Below are positions 25,566-36,969 of a DNA stretch of 64,000 nucleotides, one piece after another. Made by a program: the position numbers and the translations under genes. The notes under the pieces are model-generated. The model did not search any database, was not told the DNA's origin, and saw only the letters and a list, made by a program, of their open reading frames with translations. The stretch spans positions 86,490,001 through 86,554,000 of the forward strand of contig OX597819.1 of NCBI GenBank assembly GCA_951406725.2. Direction: 5' to 3'. Positions within the stretch are counted from its first letter, which is position 1; each line of letters begins with the position of its first letter. This stretch comes from Octopus vulgaris (lineage: Eukaryota).

Positions 25566-26467
25566 TGGTGGTATCAAAAACTTCCCAGACTAATTATGGT
25601 TAATAAAAAATAACTTATTTACCTAATTTTTAACATCATATCCTTTAAAATAGTCATCTTGTGCAGCAATACACCAGTCCCAGCAATGCTTCCAATTTTG
25701 GAATCCAGTCTGGAAGACATTTCCCATAAGCAAGAGGACCTACTGTGATTCACTCTGGACCTCAACAACATTGTTAAAACAGTGACCTTTGAGCAGCATT
25801 TTCATTTTGGGAATGAGATGGAAGTCTGCTGGTGCTAAATCTGGTGAATAGGGTGGGTCCGGAAGTGATACCATGTTGTTTTTAGTGAGAAACTCATGAG
25901 TCAGGAGAGCTCAGTGACAGGGTGCATGGTTAGCATAAAGAATCCACTTTTTCGTGTTCCACAGATCCGGTCACTTTCACAGAATGTCCTTTCTCAAATA
26001 CTTTAAAACACCACGATAGAACTCTCAATTGATGGCCTGGCCCTGGGGGACAAAATTCTCAAGGCGCAATACCGTGGATGTTGGAAAAACTGATGAGCAA
26101 GCTCTTGATTCAGCTGCAACACTTTTAAAGCACTTGTGTCACTCAAAACACTGTGTATGACTCATGGCCTCATCACCATAAGTTTGCCGAAGTATGCTCA
26201 ATGTCTGAGTAGCATACTTCCCAAGTATAACACAAAATTTCACTTTGGCTCTTTGTTCCAGCTTCCTGTCCATGACAAAATCACAGACTACAACACACAT
26301 GTAATCACAAAAACACAAATTTCACAACTTGTGAAGTAAACACAGCAATATCACTTAGCATACTGCCTCATGAAGGTCATAGTTAGCTCTCACAGTGCAT
26401 GCAGCTGTGTGCTGCCATCTGTTGGTACGCTACATAACTAGTCTGGGAACTTTTTGGTACCACCTTG
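25566..26467 (-). mobile_element. Decayed mariner-like DNA transposon
   Basis: TIRs ggtggtatcaaaaacttcccagactaattatg / cataactagtctgggaactttttggtaccacc. Minus-strand C-terminus WKHCWDWCIAAQDDYFKG. Confidence 0.75.
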
Positions 26468-26810
26468 TATGTTCGTGTTTGATTTTCCCTTTGTCTTTAT
26501 ATGCTTAGTTTTCTGAAAACAAGGCAACAACCTCACTTGGTTGTGTCATATGATTATGGTCAATTAGAAAAGCATATTCAGGCTTCTTGACGAATTGCAC
26601 AGTATTTGTAAACAAAAGAGGCTCATACCTATAACCAGGATGTTTTAGTGTGTGACAGACTAAGGGACTATCACCTTCTATAGAAATAGAAGGGGTTTGG
26701 TGACTGGAAAAGCATCTAGCAGTAGAAAATCTGCCTCAATGAATTCCATCAGCTCCATGAAAGCATGAAAATATGACTGTTATGATGATGTATGTATGGA
26801 TGTATGTATA

Positions 26811-29135
26811 CCATCATCACCATCATCGTTTAACATCTGCTTTCCATACTGGCATGGGTTGACTGAAGGCTGGCGAGCCAGAAGGCTGGCGAGCCAGAAG
26901 GCTGGCGAGCCAGAAGGCTGCATCAGGCTCCTATCTGATCTGGCAAAGTTTCTACAGCTGGATGCCCTTTCTAATGCCAACAACTTTGTGAGTGTAGTGG
27001 GTGCTTTTTACGTGCAACCAGCATGAGGGCCAGTCTGGCGGTACTAGCATCGGCCACACTCAAATGGTGCTTTTTACATGCCACCTGCACAGGAGCCCAG
27101 TCAGGTGATACTGGTAATGATCACGCTTGAATGGTGCTTTTTACATGCCACTGGCATGGGAACCAGTCAGGTGGTACTGGTAACGATCATGCTTGAATGG
27201 AGTTTCTGACGTTCAACTGGCACAGGTGCCAATCAGACGGTACTGTCATCGGCCATGACAATGATTTCACTTGCCTCAACAGATCTTTGCAAGTGCAGTT
27301 TATTGCCCAATGATTGAAGGGTACTCTTAAATGGGCTGATCATACAGCACTGGCATAGGCCACAGTTATAGTTGGCTTGCCAGGTCTTCTCAAGCACAGC
27401 ATATCTCCAAAGGTTTCAGTCACTTGTCGTTGCCACGGTGAGGCCCAATGTTCTAAGGTCATGCTTTACCACCTCATACCAGGTCTTCCTGGGTTTACCT
27501 TTTCCACAGATTCCCTCAACGGCTGGTGTGTGACACTTTTTCACACAGCTGTCTTCATCCATTCGCAACACATGACCATACTAACGCAGTCATCTCTCTT
27601 GCACACCACATCTGATGCTTCTTAGATCCAACTTTTCTCTCACATCCAGTGGAGCATACTGACTTCATTCCTTGCAAGCTTATGCATGTCCTCAGCAGTG
27701 ATGGCCCCTGTTTCACTGCCATGTAGCATGGCTGTTCACACACATGCATCATACAGTCTAACTTTTACTCTGAGCAAGAGGCTCTTTGTCACCAGCAGAA
27801 GTAGGTGCTCTTTGAACTTTGCCCAGGCTATTCTTATTCTAGCAGCTACACTTTCAGAACATCCATCCGCACAACTGATTTGGTCACCTAGGTAACGGAA
27901 GCTATCAACGACTTATAGTTTTTTTCCCTGGAATGTGACGGAAGGTGTTCTCTGCACATTTTCAGTATTTATTGCTCCTGCACATTTGCCACACACACAA
28001 ACTATCTTCCCAGTTAGCTTTCCTGTGATATTGCTGTTAGCCTTCCTGTGATATTGTTGCACCTTTTATGTGTCCATAGCTTACACTGGGTACATCTTAT
28101 GGAGTTTCTACCTACGCCTTTTCTACAGATCAAGCAGAGCCATCTACCTGAAGGGATTTGTGGTTTGTTTGGCTTCCTACTTATTAAGACTTTGGTTTTA
28201 GCTAGGTTGACTCTGAGGCCCTTCGATTCTAATTCTTGTTTGCACACCTGAAACTTCTCCTCTCATTCTGATAGTGACTCAGCAATTAGAGCAAGGTCAT
28301 CAGCATAGAGAAGCTCCCAGAAGCATCCTGTCTGGAATTCCTCTGTTATTGCTTGGAGGACTATGATGAATAAGAGGGAGCAGAGGAGTGATCCTTGGTG
28401 GACCACTACCCCTACCTGGAATTTTTCACTGTACTCATTGCCAACCCTCACCTTACTGACAGCAACCCTGTACATTGCTTGTACAGCTCTCACTAACCAG
28501 TAATCCATCCCTAGTCTCCTCATTGACCACCAGATAAGGGATCGGGGGACCCTGTCAAAGGCTTTCTCCATGTCAATGAAAGCCAGGTGTGAGGTTTATC
28601 TTTGACTAGGTATTTCTCCTGCAGCTGTCTTACCAGAAATATAGCATCAGAGGTGCTTTTTCCTGGCACAAACCCAAACTGCATCTCGTCTAGATTGACT
28701 CTCTCCCTAATTAGTCTCCAAGACTTTCATTACCTGATCCAATAACCTGATACCTCTGTAATTATTTGTATCTAAAGCATCACCTTTCCCTTTGTAGCAG
28801 TTGACTATGGTGCTGCTACACCAGTCATTGGTTATGATTCCTTCATGCATCACCTGATTAATTATACGGGTGACTAGAATATAGCCTACACCGCCAGATA
28901 TTTTAAGCATCTCAGTGGTGATTCCTGATGGGCCAGGAGCTTTCCCTGTCTTCATACCCTTAATTGCTTTATCTACCAAGGTACTGTCAATTCGGATAGC
29001 TGGTCCCTCTGTTGGGTCAACGTTCGGCAGACTCTCTTTCTCCCATTCATTCTCTTCATTTAGCAACCTTTCATAGTGGCATCTCCAAGTCTCTCTCCTT
29101 GCAGCCTCATTAAATTCAAGTGAGCTGTCATCCAT
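26811..29135 (-). mobile_element. 5'-truncated RTE-clade LINE (RT pseudogene, 3' UTR, GAT tail)
   Basis: KAPGPSG, NYRGIRLL, EKAFDRVP, VHQGSLLCSLLF, LLYADDL, GLRVNLAKTK, then the 3' UTR shared by the many short copies. Confidence 0.92.
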
Positions 29136-29139
29136 ACAG

Positions 29140-29186
<47 letters not shown>

Positions 29187-29988
29187 CATATATGCACATA
29201 TACACACACACACATATATCTATAGACACAAACACATGTATTGTATTATCATTGCTGCTTCATTCAAAACAAGAAAAAATATAATTAGCATACTAGACCT
29301 TTTATTGGTAATGTTATGAATTTACACCCACCACGAAAGTAAATTTCAAGAAAGTATAAAACTAGTTTAGTCTTTAGCATATTCTTTAATTTATAAAGCC
29401 TAGCTTTTCTACTTTTGGACAACATATGAATAATATAGTAAGAAAACGGTCACTTAGTTCGTTAGAATTAGCAATGAACAGAGAAAATAGTTGGTGGTGG
29501 TGGTGGTGGTGGGGTGTATCAGAGAGATATTTAAAGCAAAACTTATATTTGCTTTGCTTGCCAGTAAAAATAGACTGTTCAATAACAGAAAATTAGTTCG
29601 AACTCTAAAACAAGGCTGATAATTTACATGCAAGCAAAAATAACTAAAAATTTTTTAAATAGTAAAGAAAAAGAAAAACAACTTAAGTATACAATGATTT
29701 TGCAGAAAATAAAATTCACTTGAAAAAATTCAGATTAACTGTTTATAAATAGACAAAAATTATATTTTGAATTGCAAAGAAGTAGCACACATGTACTTTT
29801 TCTCAAGAAAAAATGACACAAAACTCAAGTAATTAATGATTGGAAGGCTTCCTAATTGATATCATGTTTACAAGTCTAATCATAACAATAAGAATGTTCA
29901 TTTATAGAAAATAATTGTTTAATTATATGAAACCTGCACTCATTGATCATACTCTAGAAAATTCCTTTTTTTGAAACTAGAAATGATT

Positions 29989-30019
<31 letters not shown>

Positions 30020-30049
30020 GCGAGAAAGAAGCAACAAGAATGGATAGGT

Positions 30050-30140
30050 TTTTAGTACAATCGTTTCATACAAGGACAGGCTTTATTAAAAGTTGCAAAA
30101 ATTGCAGCATATAAACGTGTCCCGTACTCATCAGCTAAAA
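30050..30140 (-). ncRNA. Type I hammerhead ribozyme (copy sense to the PLE ORF)
   Basis: Reverse complement of 35778-35868. Confidence 0.8.
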
Positions 30141-31619
30141 TACATGTGAGTTCTCTAGACATCCTAGTGGTTGAGGCTATACTCATGAAGTAATGTAGAT
30201 AATTAAGTAACATAAACAGATTTCCAAAGTTCATTAAAGTTCTTTAAAGATGGTGTACAGTCTTATCACAGAATTTTAAAAAAAGTTTCAATAGCATCAC
30301 AGAGAAGGTGACTTAATCCATAGTGTACATATGAATTTCCAGAGATATGAGGAGGGATTAAATACTCACAGACGACAAATTTATCCATTGTTAATCACAA
30401 CGAGGTGGGTCTCAATTCCGGCTTATTAGCATTACAGAGAGGGTGAATTAATCCTTTGTATAGATGCACAATTTCCAATGGTGTAGATGTAAATTTCCAG
30501 AGAAATGAAGAGGAATTTCATATTCACAGGCAATAAATTTATCAATGGTTGAACACAATGAGGTAGGTATCAATTCTTGCTATATGATTAGGTATTTGCC
30601 ACATTAATCACATTACTGCTATTTACAAGAGACTGTAGCTATTTAACTTTTAAAGGCTGAAGGGCTTTCTAGAGAGGCAAAGAACAGAAAAGGGAAGGAA
30701 AGAGAAGAAAAGAGAGAAAATAAAGGAGGAGGGAGCAAAAGGGGTGGGGGACTAAAAGAGAAGAGAAAAGGAAAAAGAAAAAAAGAAAAAGAGAATAAGA
30801 AGAAGAGAAAGAAAAAGAGAAAAGAGAAAGAAATAGGGAAAGAAGGGAAAAAAAGAAAAAGAAAAAAAGATAGTTCTAGTTATACAGAAGAATTAGTAGA
30901 CGACAAGTCTGGTTTTAATTTACAGGCATCTAGGAACTAGAGGAGAATATTATTCTTTGACCAGTAAAACAGCTAATTTATTGCTGTTGAAAGCAGCTAT
31001 GAATTTAAAGAGAATCTAAAGAGATAACACGGTCAGGGGTTTAGGGGTCAAAGGCTAAAATCAAAAGAAAATACATTAGGAAAATCTAAGTATAATCTTA
31101 TCAAAAAGTCATTAAAATTTATTTATTTAATTTATTCATTTTACTGTCTTAAGGAGTTGCTGTTATTATTCATACATTGACGGACTACAGGTCAAATCTT
31201 AGAAGATCATTTACAAGGTGTTAGGGAATTGTCTATCATAATGAAGATAATCATATTATTACCGAGGGAGTAGCCTTATTTATTTAATTTTGAAATAGAA
31301 TTATGGGGCTTTATTAACTCATTTTATTTTATTAAAGTTATGCTACTTAAATTAGATTAAGTTAAGAATTAAAATTAAAAATTAAAAATTAAAATTAAGA
31401 TTTAAAATTAAGATTTAAAATTATGAGTTTGAAAATTAAATAAAGCCTCAATTAAGCAGCGTATAAGTACTATTCATTTCCCTGTTCTCAAAAAACTGAT
31501 GCAGATATAAGGAAAAAGATAACTGTAGTGTGAGAACTCTTAGTTATCTACTTAAAGTAGTGCTATACTAGTAAAAATCAAGTTATATCTATCTATCTAT
31601 CTAGTTACGAATATTCTAA

Positions 31620-33886
31620 TCATTTAAAATATTTTAAAGTCTTCAATTTAGCGTGGACACAAACTTGACCTAGTTTGATATGGTTATTCAATAAGTTTCT
31701 ATGTTTTCTATGCTTTAGAATTTCATACGTCTCCATGGAGCATAGTTGGCAACCAACCCTGCTATTTTTATACGGAATTGCTCTCCTAACTATTTCTCAA
31801 TTAAGGTTATAATTATTATTATTATTTTTGAGTTCCCAGATTTTGTTTGAAAGTGTGGTGGTACCAGCTTTATGACGTAATTTAAAAGACGAGATGTGAT
31901 TTCTAACTCTGGCTAGAAAATTAATTGTACATCCAATGTAAAAATATTTGTTATTCTCCGTGGATATGGTACATTTATAGATTACATTATTTTCCCCGCA
32001 TAGACCAGGTGCCGGGCATTTTGATTTTATTCTACACTTACACACAGGAGGAACAACTTCAGGTTTTGGATTATTCTTGGGTAGATGTCTTAGGTTCCTA
32101 TTGTTTTGATTATCATGAGTATAATTGTCCTTATTGTTATTAATATTTCTATAGTTGGTGCTGATATCTAAAGTATTGCTATTATTTATTGATCCTTCTG
32201 TTTCATCTTTTAGGTCTAAAGTCCTACCATGATTTCTTATATTATTGGTAATGTTACTATTATTGTTAGTCTTTTTATCCGACTGCATATTGTTGTTATA
32301 GATATCACTGATATTTTCATTCTCCTTATTTTCACCATTAGCCTTATTTCTATTATTTCTATTATTAACATTATTACTTCTATTAATATCTGTATTGCTA
32401 TTATTACTATTAAAGTTAATGTTATTAGTCATTCTGTGGTTACTAATTTCACCCATGTTTTGATAGTTACTATTGCTGTTTTTATTGTTGGTAGTATTAT
32501 TATAATTGCTATTGGTATTCATGCTGATATTATTATTTTTATTTCTATCTTTCCTGGCTAGTTTAATGTTGTTATTATTAATCTTAGCTATTAAAGTGGA
32601 CATATTTGGGAGGGTTGAATAAGAAATCCTAACTGTTTTCCTAGAAATAATTCTATGATATCTATGAGAGATTGGGAAATTTTTTCCAGAATTACTTTGA
32701 ATTTGTTCTGTATATCCGATTGTATCGCACAGTTGAAAGGAATATTCAGCCATAATATATCGTTTTTATTAAATTTAGGGTTCGTAGAATTATTACTATT
32801 CATCTCACCGGAGTTATTGTATTTATTACCATTATTTTTATTTTTATTTGTGTGCATCTTTGGTTTATCTACTTCGATATTATCCGAGTTACCTATGTTC
32901 TGGTCAATGCTTCTATTTGAATTGTTGGGCCTGTACGTTAGATTAGCGTTTACCGTTAATTCAATTCTACTTTTATTTCGGGCTTGGTTTGTATTGCTGC
33001 TTACGTGATTACTGATAACTTCTTTATTAGGAATACGTGAGTTCTCCTTATCAACGAATGTAATCTTTTGGTTGTATCCAGCCTTAGTTAACGCCGCATT
33101 ATAATGCTCAGAATGGGAGTTAAATATATCCTTATTGGATGATAATTTTGAAATTCTTAATGAAATATTTCTTACTAAAGATTCAATTATATTTGGGGGA
33201 TGATTTGATAATTTATTTACATAATTCGTGATGTCGCCTTCCTTTCTAAATGGGTAATGCAGCTTGGAGTTAAGGTCTAGCGTAATATCTAGGAAGTTAA
33301 CTATTTTAGTGCCCGGTTCATACGTTATACTGAGGTTGAAATCCTTAAAGAACTTATTAATTTTCTTTCTAATCCTTTCTATAACAGATTTATTATTACT
33401 AGGGATAACAAACAGAGCATCATCCCTATATAGACCCCCCTGTATTTCTGGGATATCCTTGCTTATGCATTTTAATAGATATGCGCCTACTAGGTTGGTT
33501 ACCTCAGCCGAATCACTGGAACCCATTGGTATATCAAAATAATTAGGTGTATCTGCTCTAGTCCATAATTTATCTTCAAATTCTATAAATGTCTTCCTAG
33601 CTAGTAGCACAATATTGATTTCTTCTCTAGATATGAGGGAGCGATTCATGGCAAATATTAGTGATTTGTTGAGTAAGATAGGGGAAATACTAGAGTAATA
33701 ACTATTAATATCGAACTGGATAAAGAACAGACTGCTAGTATTAGTTAGAGAGTTAAACCATTTTAGAACTTCGTCCGTACTTAGCCATAGGTTTAAGGGG
33801 AGAAGAGGGGTTATTTGGGGTAGAACAGTATCCAGGATAGATTTACTAAGTCGGCCAATGTCCGACTTAGTTGGACAGATCAGCCT
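31620..33886 (-). pseudogene. PLE polyprotein: reverse transcriptase plus GIY-YIG endonuclease (N-terminus missing)
   Basis: RLICPTKSDIG, QFDINSYYSSI, FDIPMGSSDS, GLYRDDAL, VNFLDITLDL, SNHPP, then CKCR..CP..G.C, VIYKC...YIG, R..NH. One frameshift near 32680 and one premature TGA at 31797-31799. Confidence 0.92.
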
Positions 33887-33888
33887 GA

Positions 33889-34299
33889 ATAAAATCAAAA
33901 TGCCCGGCACCTGGTCTATGCGGGGAAAATAATGTAATCTATAAATGTACCATATCCACGGAGAATAACAAATATTTTTACATTGGATGTACAATTAATT
34001 TTCTAGCCAGAGTTAGAAATCACATCTCGTCTTTTAAATTACGTCATAAAGCTGGTACCACCACACTTTCAAACAAAATCTGGGAACTCAAAAATAATAA
34101 TAATAATTATAACCTTAATTGGGAAATAGTTAGGAGAGCAATTCCGTATAAAAATAGCAGGGTTGGTTGCCAACTATGCTCCATGGAGACGTATGAAATT
34201 CTAAAGCATAGAAAACATAGAAACTTATTGAATAACCATATCAAACTAGGTCAAGTTTGTGTCCACGCTAAATTGAAGACTTTAAAATATTTTAAATGA
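33889..34299 (+). pseudogene. Stop-free duplicate of the GIY-YIG domain in the inverted arm (no N-terminal start)
   Basis: IKSKCPAPGLCGENNVIYKC...YFYIGCT...NLNWEIVRRAIPY...CQLCSMETYEI...LLN...CVHAKLKTLKYFK*. Confidence 0.85.
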
Positions 34300-35777
34300 T
34301 TAGAATATTCGTAACTAGATAGATAGATAGATATAACTTGATTTTTACTAGTATAGCACTACTTTAAGTAGATAACTAAGAGTTCTCACACTACAGTTAT
34401 CTTTTTCCTTATATCTGCATCAGTTTTTTGAGAACAGGGAAATGAATAGTACTTATACGCTGCTTAATTGAGGCTTTATTTAATTTTCAAACTCATAATT
34501 TTAAATCTTAATTTTAAATCTTAATTTTAATTTTTAATTTTTAATTTTAATTCTTAACTTAATCTAATTTAAGTAGCATAACTTTAATAAAATAAAATGA
34601 GTTAATAAAGCCCCATAATTCTATTTCAAAATTAAATAAATAAGGCTACTCCCTCGGTAATAATATGATTATCTTCATTATGATAGACAATTCCCTAACA
34701 CCTTGTAAATGATCTTCTAAGATTTGACCTGTAGTCCGTCAATGTATGAATAATAACAGCAACTCCTTAAGACAGTAAAATGAATAAATTAAATAAATAA
34801 ATTTTAATGACTTTTTGATAAGATTATACTTAGATTTTCCTAATGTATTTTCTTTTGATTTTAGCCTTTGACCCCTAAACCCCTGACCGTGTTATCTCTT
34901 TAGATTCTCTTTAAATTCATAGCTGCTTTCAACAGCAATAAATTAGCTGTTTTACTGGTCAAAGAATAATATTCTCCTCTAGTTCCTAGATGCCTGTAAA
35001 TTAAAACCAGACTTGTCGTCTACTAATTCTTCTGTATAACTAGAACTATCTTTTTTTCTTTTTCTTTTTTTCCCTTCTTTCCCTATTTCTTTCTCTTTTC
35101 TCTTTTTTCTTTCTCTTCTTCTTATTCTCTTTTTCTTTTTTTCTTTTTCCTTTTCTCTTCTCTTTTAGTCCCCCACCCCTTTTGCTCCCTCCTCCTTTAT
35201 TTTCTCTCTTTTCTTCTCTTTCCTTCCCTTTTCTATTCTTTGCCTCTCTAGAAAGCCCTTCAGCCTTTAAAAGTTAAATAGCTACAGTCTCTTGTAAATA
35301 GCAGTAATGTGATTAATGTGGCAAATACCTAATCATATAGCAAGAATTGATACCTACCTCATTGTGTTCAACCATTGATAAATTTATCGCCTGTGAATAT
35401 GAAATTCCTCTTCATTTCTCTGGAAATTTACATCTACACCATTGGAAATTGTGCATCTATACAAAGGATTAATTCACCCTCTCTGTAATGCTAATAAGCC
35501 GGAATTGAGACCCACCTCGTTGTGATTAACAATGGATAAATTTGTCGTCTGTGAGTATTTAATCCCTCCTCATATCTCTGGAAATTCATATGTACACTAT
35601 GGATTAAGTCACCTTCTCTGTGATGCTATTGAAACTTTTTAAAATTCTGTGATAAGACTGTACACCATCTTTAAAGAACTTTAATGAACTTTGGAAATCT
35701 GTTTATGTTACTTAATTATCTACATTACTTCATGAGTATAGCCTCAACCACTAGGATGTCTAGAGAACTCACATGTA

Positions 35778-35868
35778 TTTTAGCTGATGAGTACGGGACA
35801 CGTTTATATGCTGCAATTTTTGCAACTTTTAATAAAGCCTGTCCTTGTATGAAACGATTGTACTAAAA
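35778..35868 (+). ncRNA. Type I hammerhead ribozyme with extended stem II
   Basis: TTTTAG-CTGATGA-GTACGGGACA(39 nt)TGTCCTTGTAT-GAAA-CGATTG-TA-CTAAAA. Stem I 6 bp, stem II ~10 bp, minimal stem III, GUA triplet at 35860-35862. Confidence 0.8.
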
Positions 35869-36013
35869 ACCTATCCATTCTTGTTGCTTCTTTCTCGCTT
35901 ATAATCACCCCACATTACTGTATTGTTAAAACCGTATAGTTTTTTGGTGCATCTAAGTTAGGTACCATATTCAAGTAAATTCATTTAAATTAACTTGAAT
36001 CTTTATTGCTTTT

Positions 36014-36067
<54 letters not shown>

Positions 36068-36236
36068 TAAAAGTGCCTGTGCAGTGACATGTAAAAGCAC
36101 CTAGCACACTCTGTAAAGTGGTTGGTGTTAGGAAGGGAACCATGCCAAATCAGACTGGAGTTTGGTGCAGCATCCCACCTCTGGTCAAACCGTCCAACCC
36201 ATGCCAACATCGACAGTGGACATTAAATGATGATAT

Positions 36237-36275
<39 letters not shown>

Positions 36276-36443
36276 TTATTTCTATATGTGTACTTGTATG
36301 TGTATATGCATATATATGTATTGCATTAACAGTAAATATAATTTGAAATTCAAAGTAAAAATAAATTTTCAATCAGAATGATATATATAATATATATTCA
36401 GAGCTGCCAAGTATGGTAGATTTTTTCAACAACAGTCCTAGAC

Positions 36444-36969
36444 TAGGGGTTGGGGAACTTTTTTAACCAATTACCCCAAAATAGATTTATTTACGCCGAT
36501 GTTACATCCTTGATTTCAAAGGAAGAAAATCACAGATACTTTGAATCTGTTAATAAGAAGAATACAATTATAAATACAAATTATAACTACAATTATAAAT
36601 ATAAATTATAAACACGAAAAGTATAAAACAAATGAGATAAAATAAATTAATATCCTCATTATGAATAGGATTTTTCTAGAAACTTTTTCGCTTCAGATTT
36701 TGGAGAAATAATGTTGCTTCACTTTTGTTAGAATTACATCAAAATTGAGGTATTTTGATGACAGCAATTTGGGTACAGTCTTTGGGGTCCAATTGTTGTT
36801 GCAAAAGGTGGCAACTTTTTGAGTGCCTCCTCAAGCCAGAACATAAATTTCTGTTTTAAGAAGAAACATGTCTTTTATGTAATTTTACTTGTCTAATGAA
36901 TCCTTATACCCTCCAAGAATTTCATTTTTACCCCACTTGGGGTAATTTACCCTGGTTGGCCAACCTCTG
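36444..36969. mobile_element. hAT-type non-autonomous element (MITE)
   Basis: Perfect 8-bp TSD TCCTAGAC (36436-43 and 36970-77). Imperfect TIRs taggggttgggga / ggccaacctctg with subterminal attacccc / ggggtaat. Confidence 0.8.

Larger units (their letters stand above)
30020..36015 (-). mobile_element. Young Penelope-like retroelement, 5'-truncated, with ~2-kb inverted pseudo-LTR arms
   Basis: 30020-32032 is the reverse complement of 33887-35898 with only a few differences. RT and GIY-YIG ORF between and within the arms, a hammerhead in each arm, (TA)n on both flanks. Confidence 0.93.

Noticed and set aside
30052-30234. 60-aa ORF duplicated at 35684-35866
   Set aside because: The identity comes from the inverted repeat. 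It overlaps the hammerhead and has no recognisable motif.
31797-31799. In-frame TGA in the GIY-YIG domain as selenocysteine recoding (known in some Naiad PLEs)
   Set aside because: The other arm has TGG (Trp) at this position, so a point mutation is the simpler explanation.
32676-32690. Programmed -1 frameshift site
   Set aside because: No in-frame X XXY YYZ heptamer. A homopolymer indel is more likely.
33887-33994. N-terminus MYIQCKNICYSPW... of the 467-aa ORF as the real RT start
   Set aside because: It is antisense GIY-YIG sequence from the inverted arm. True RT homology starts at the 33886 junction.
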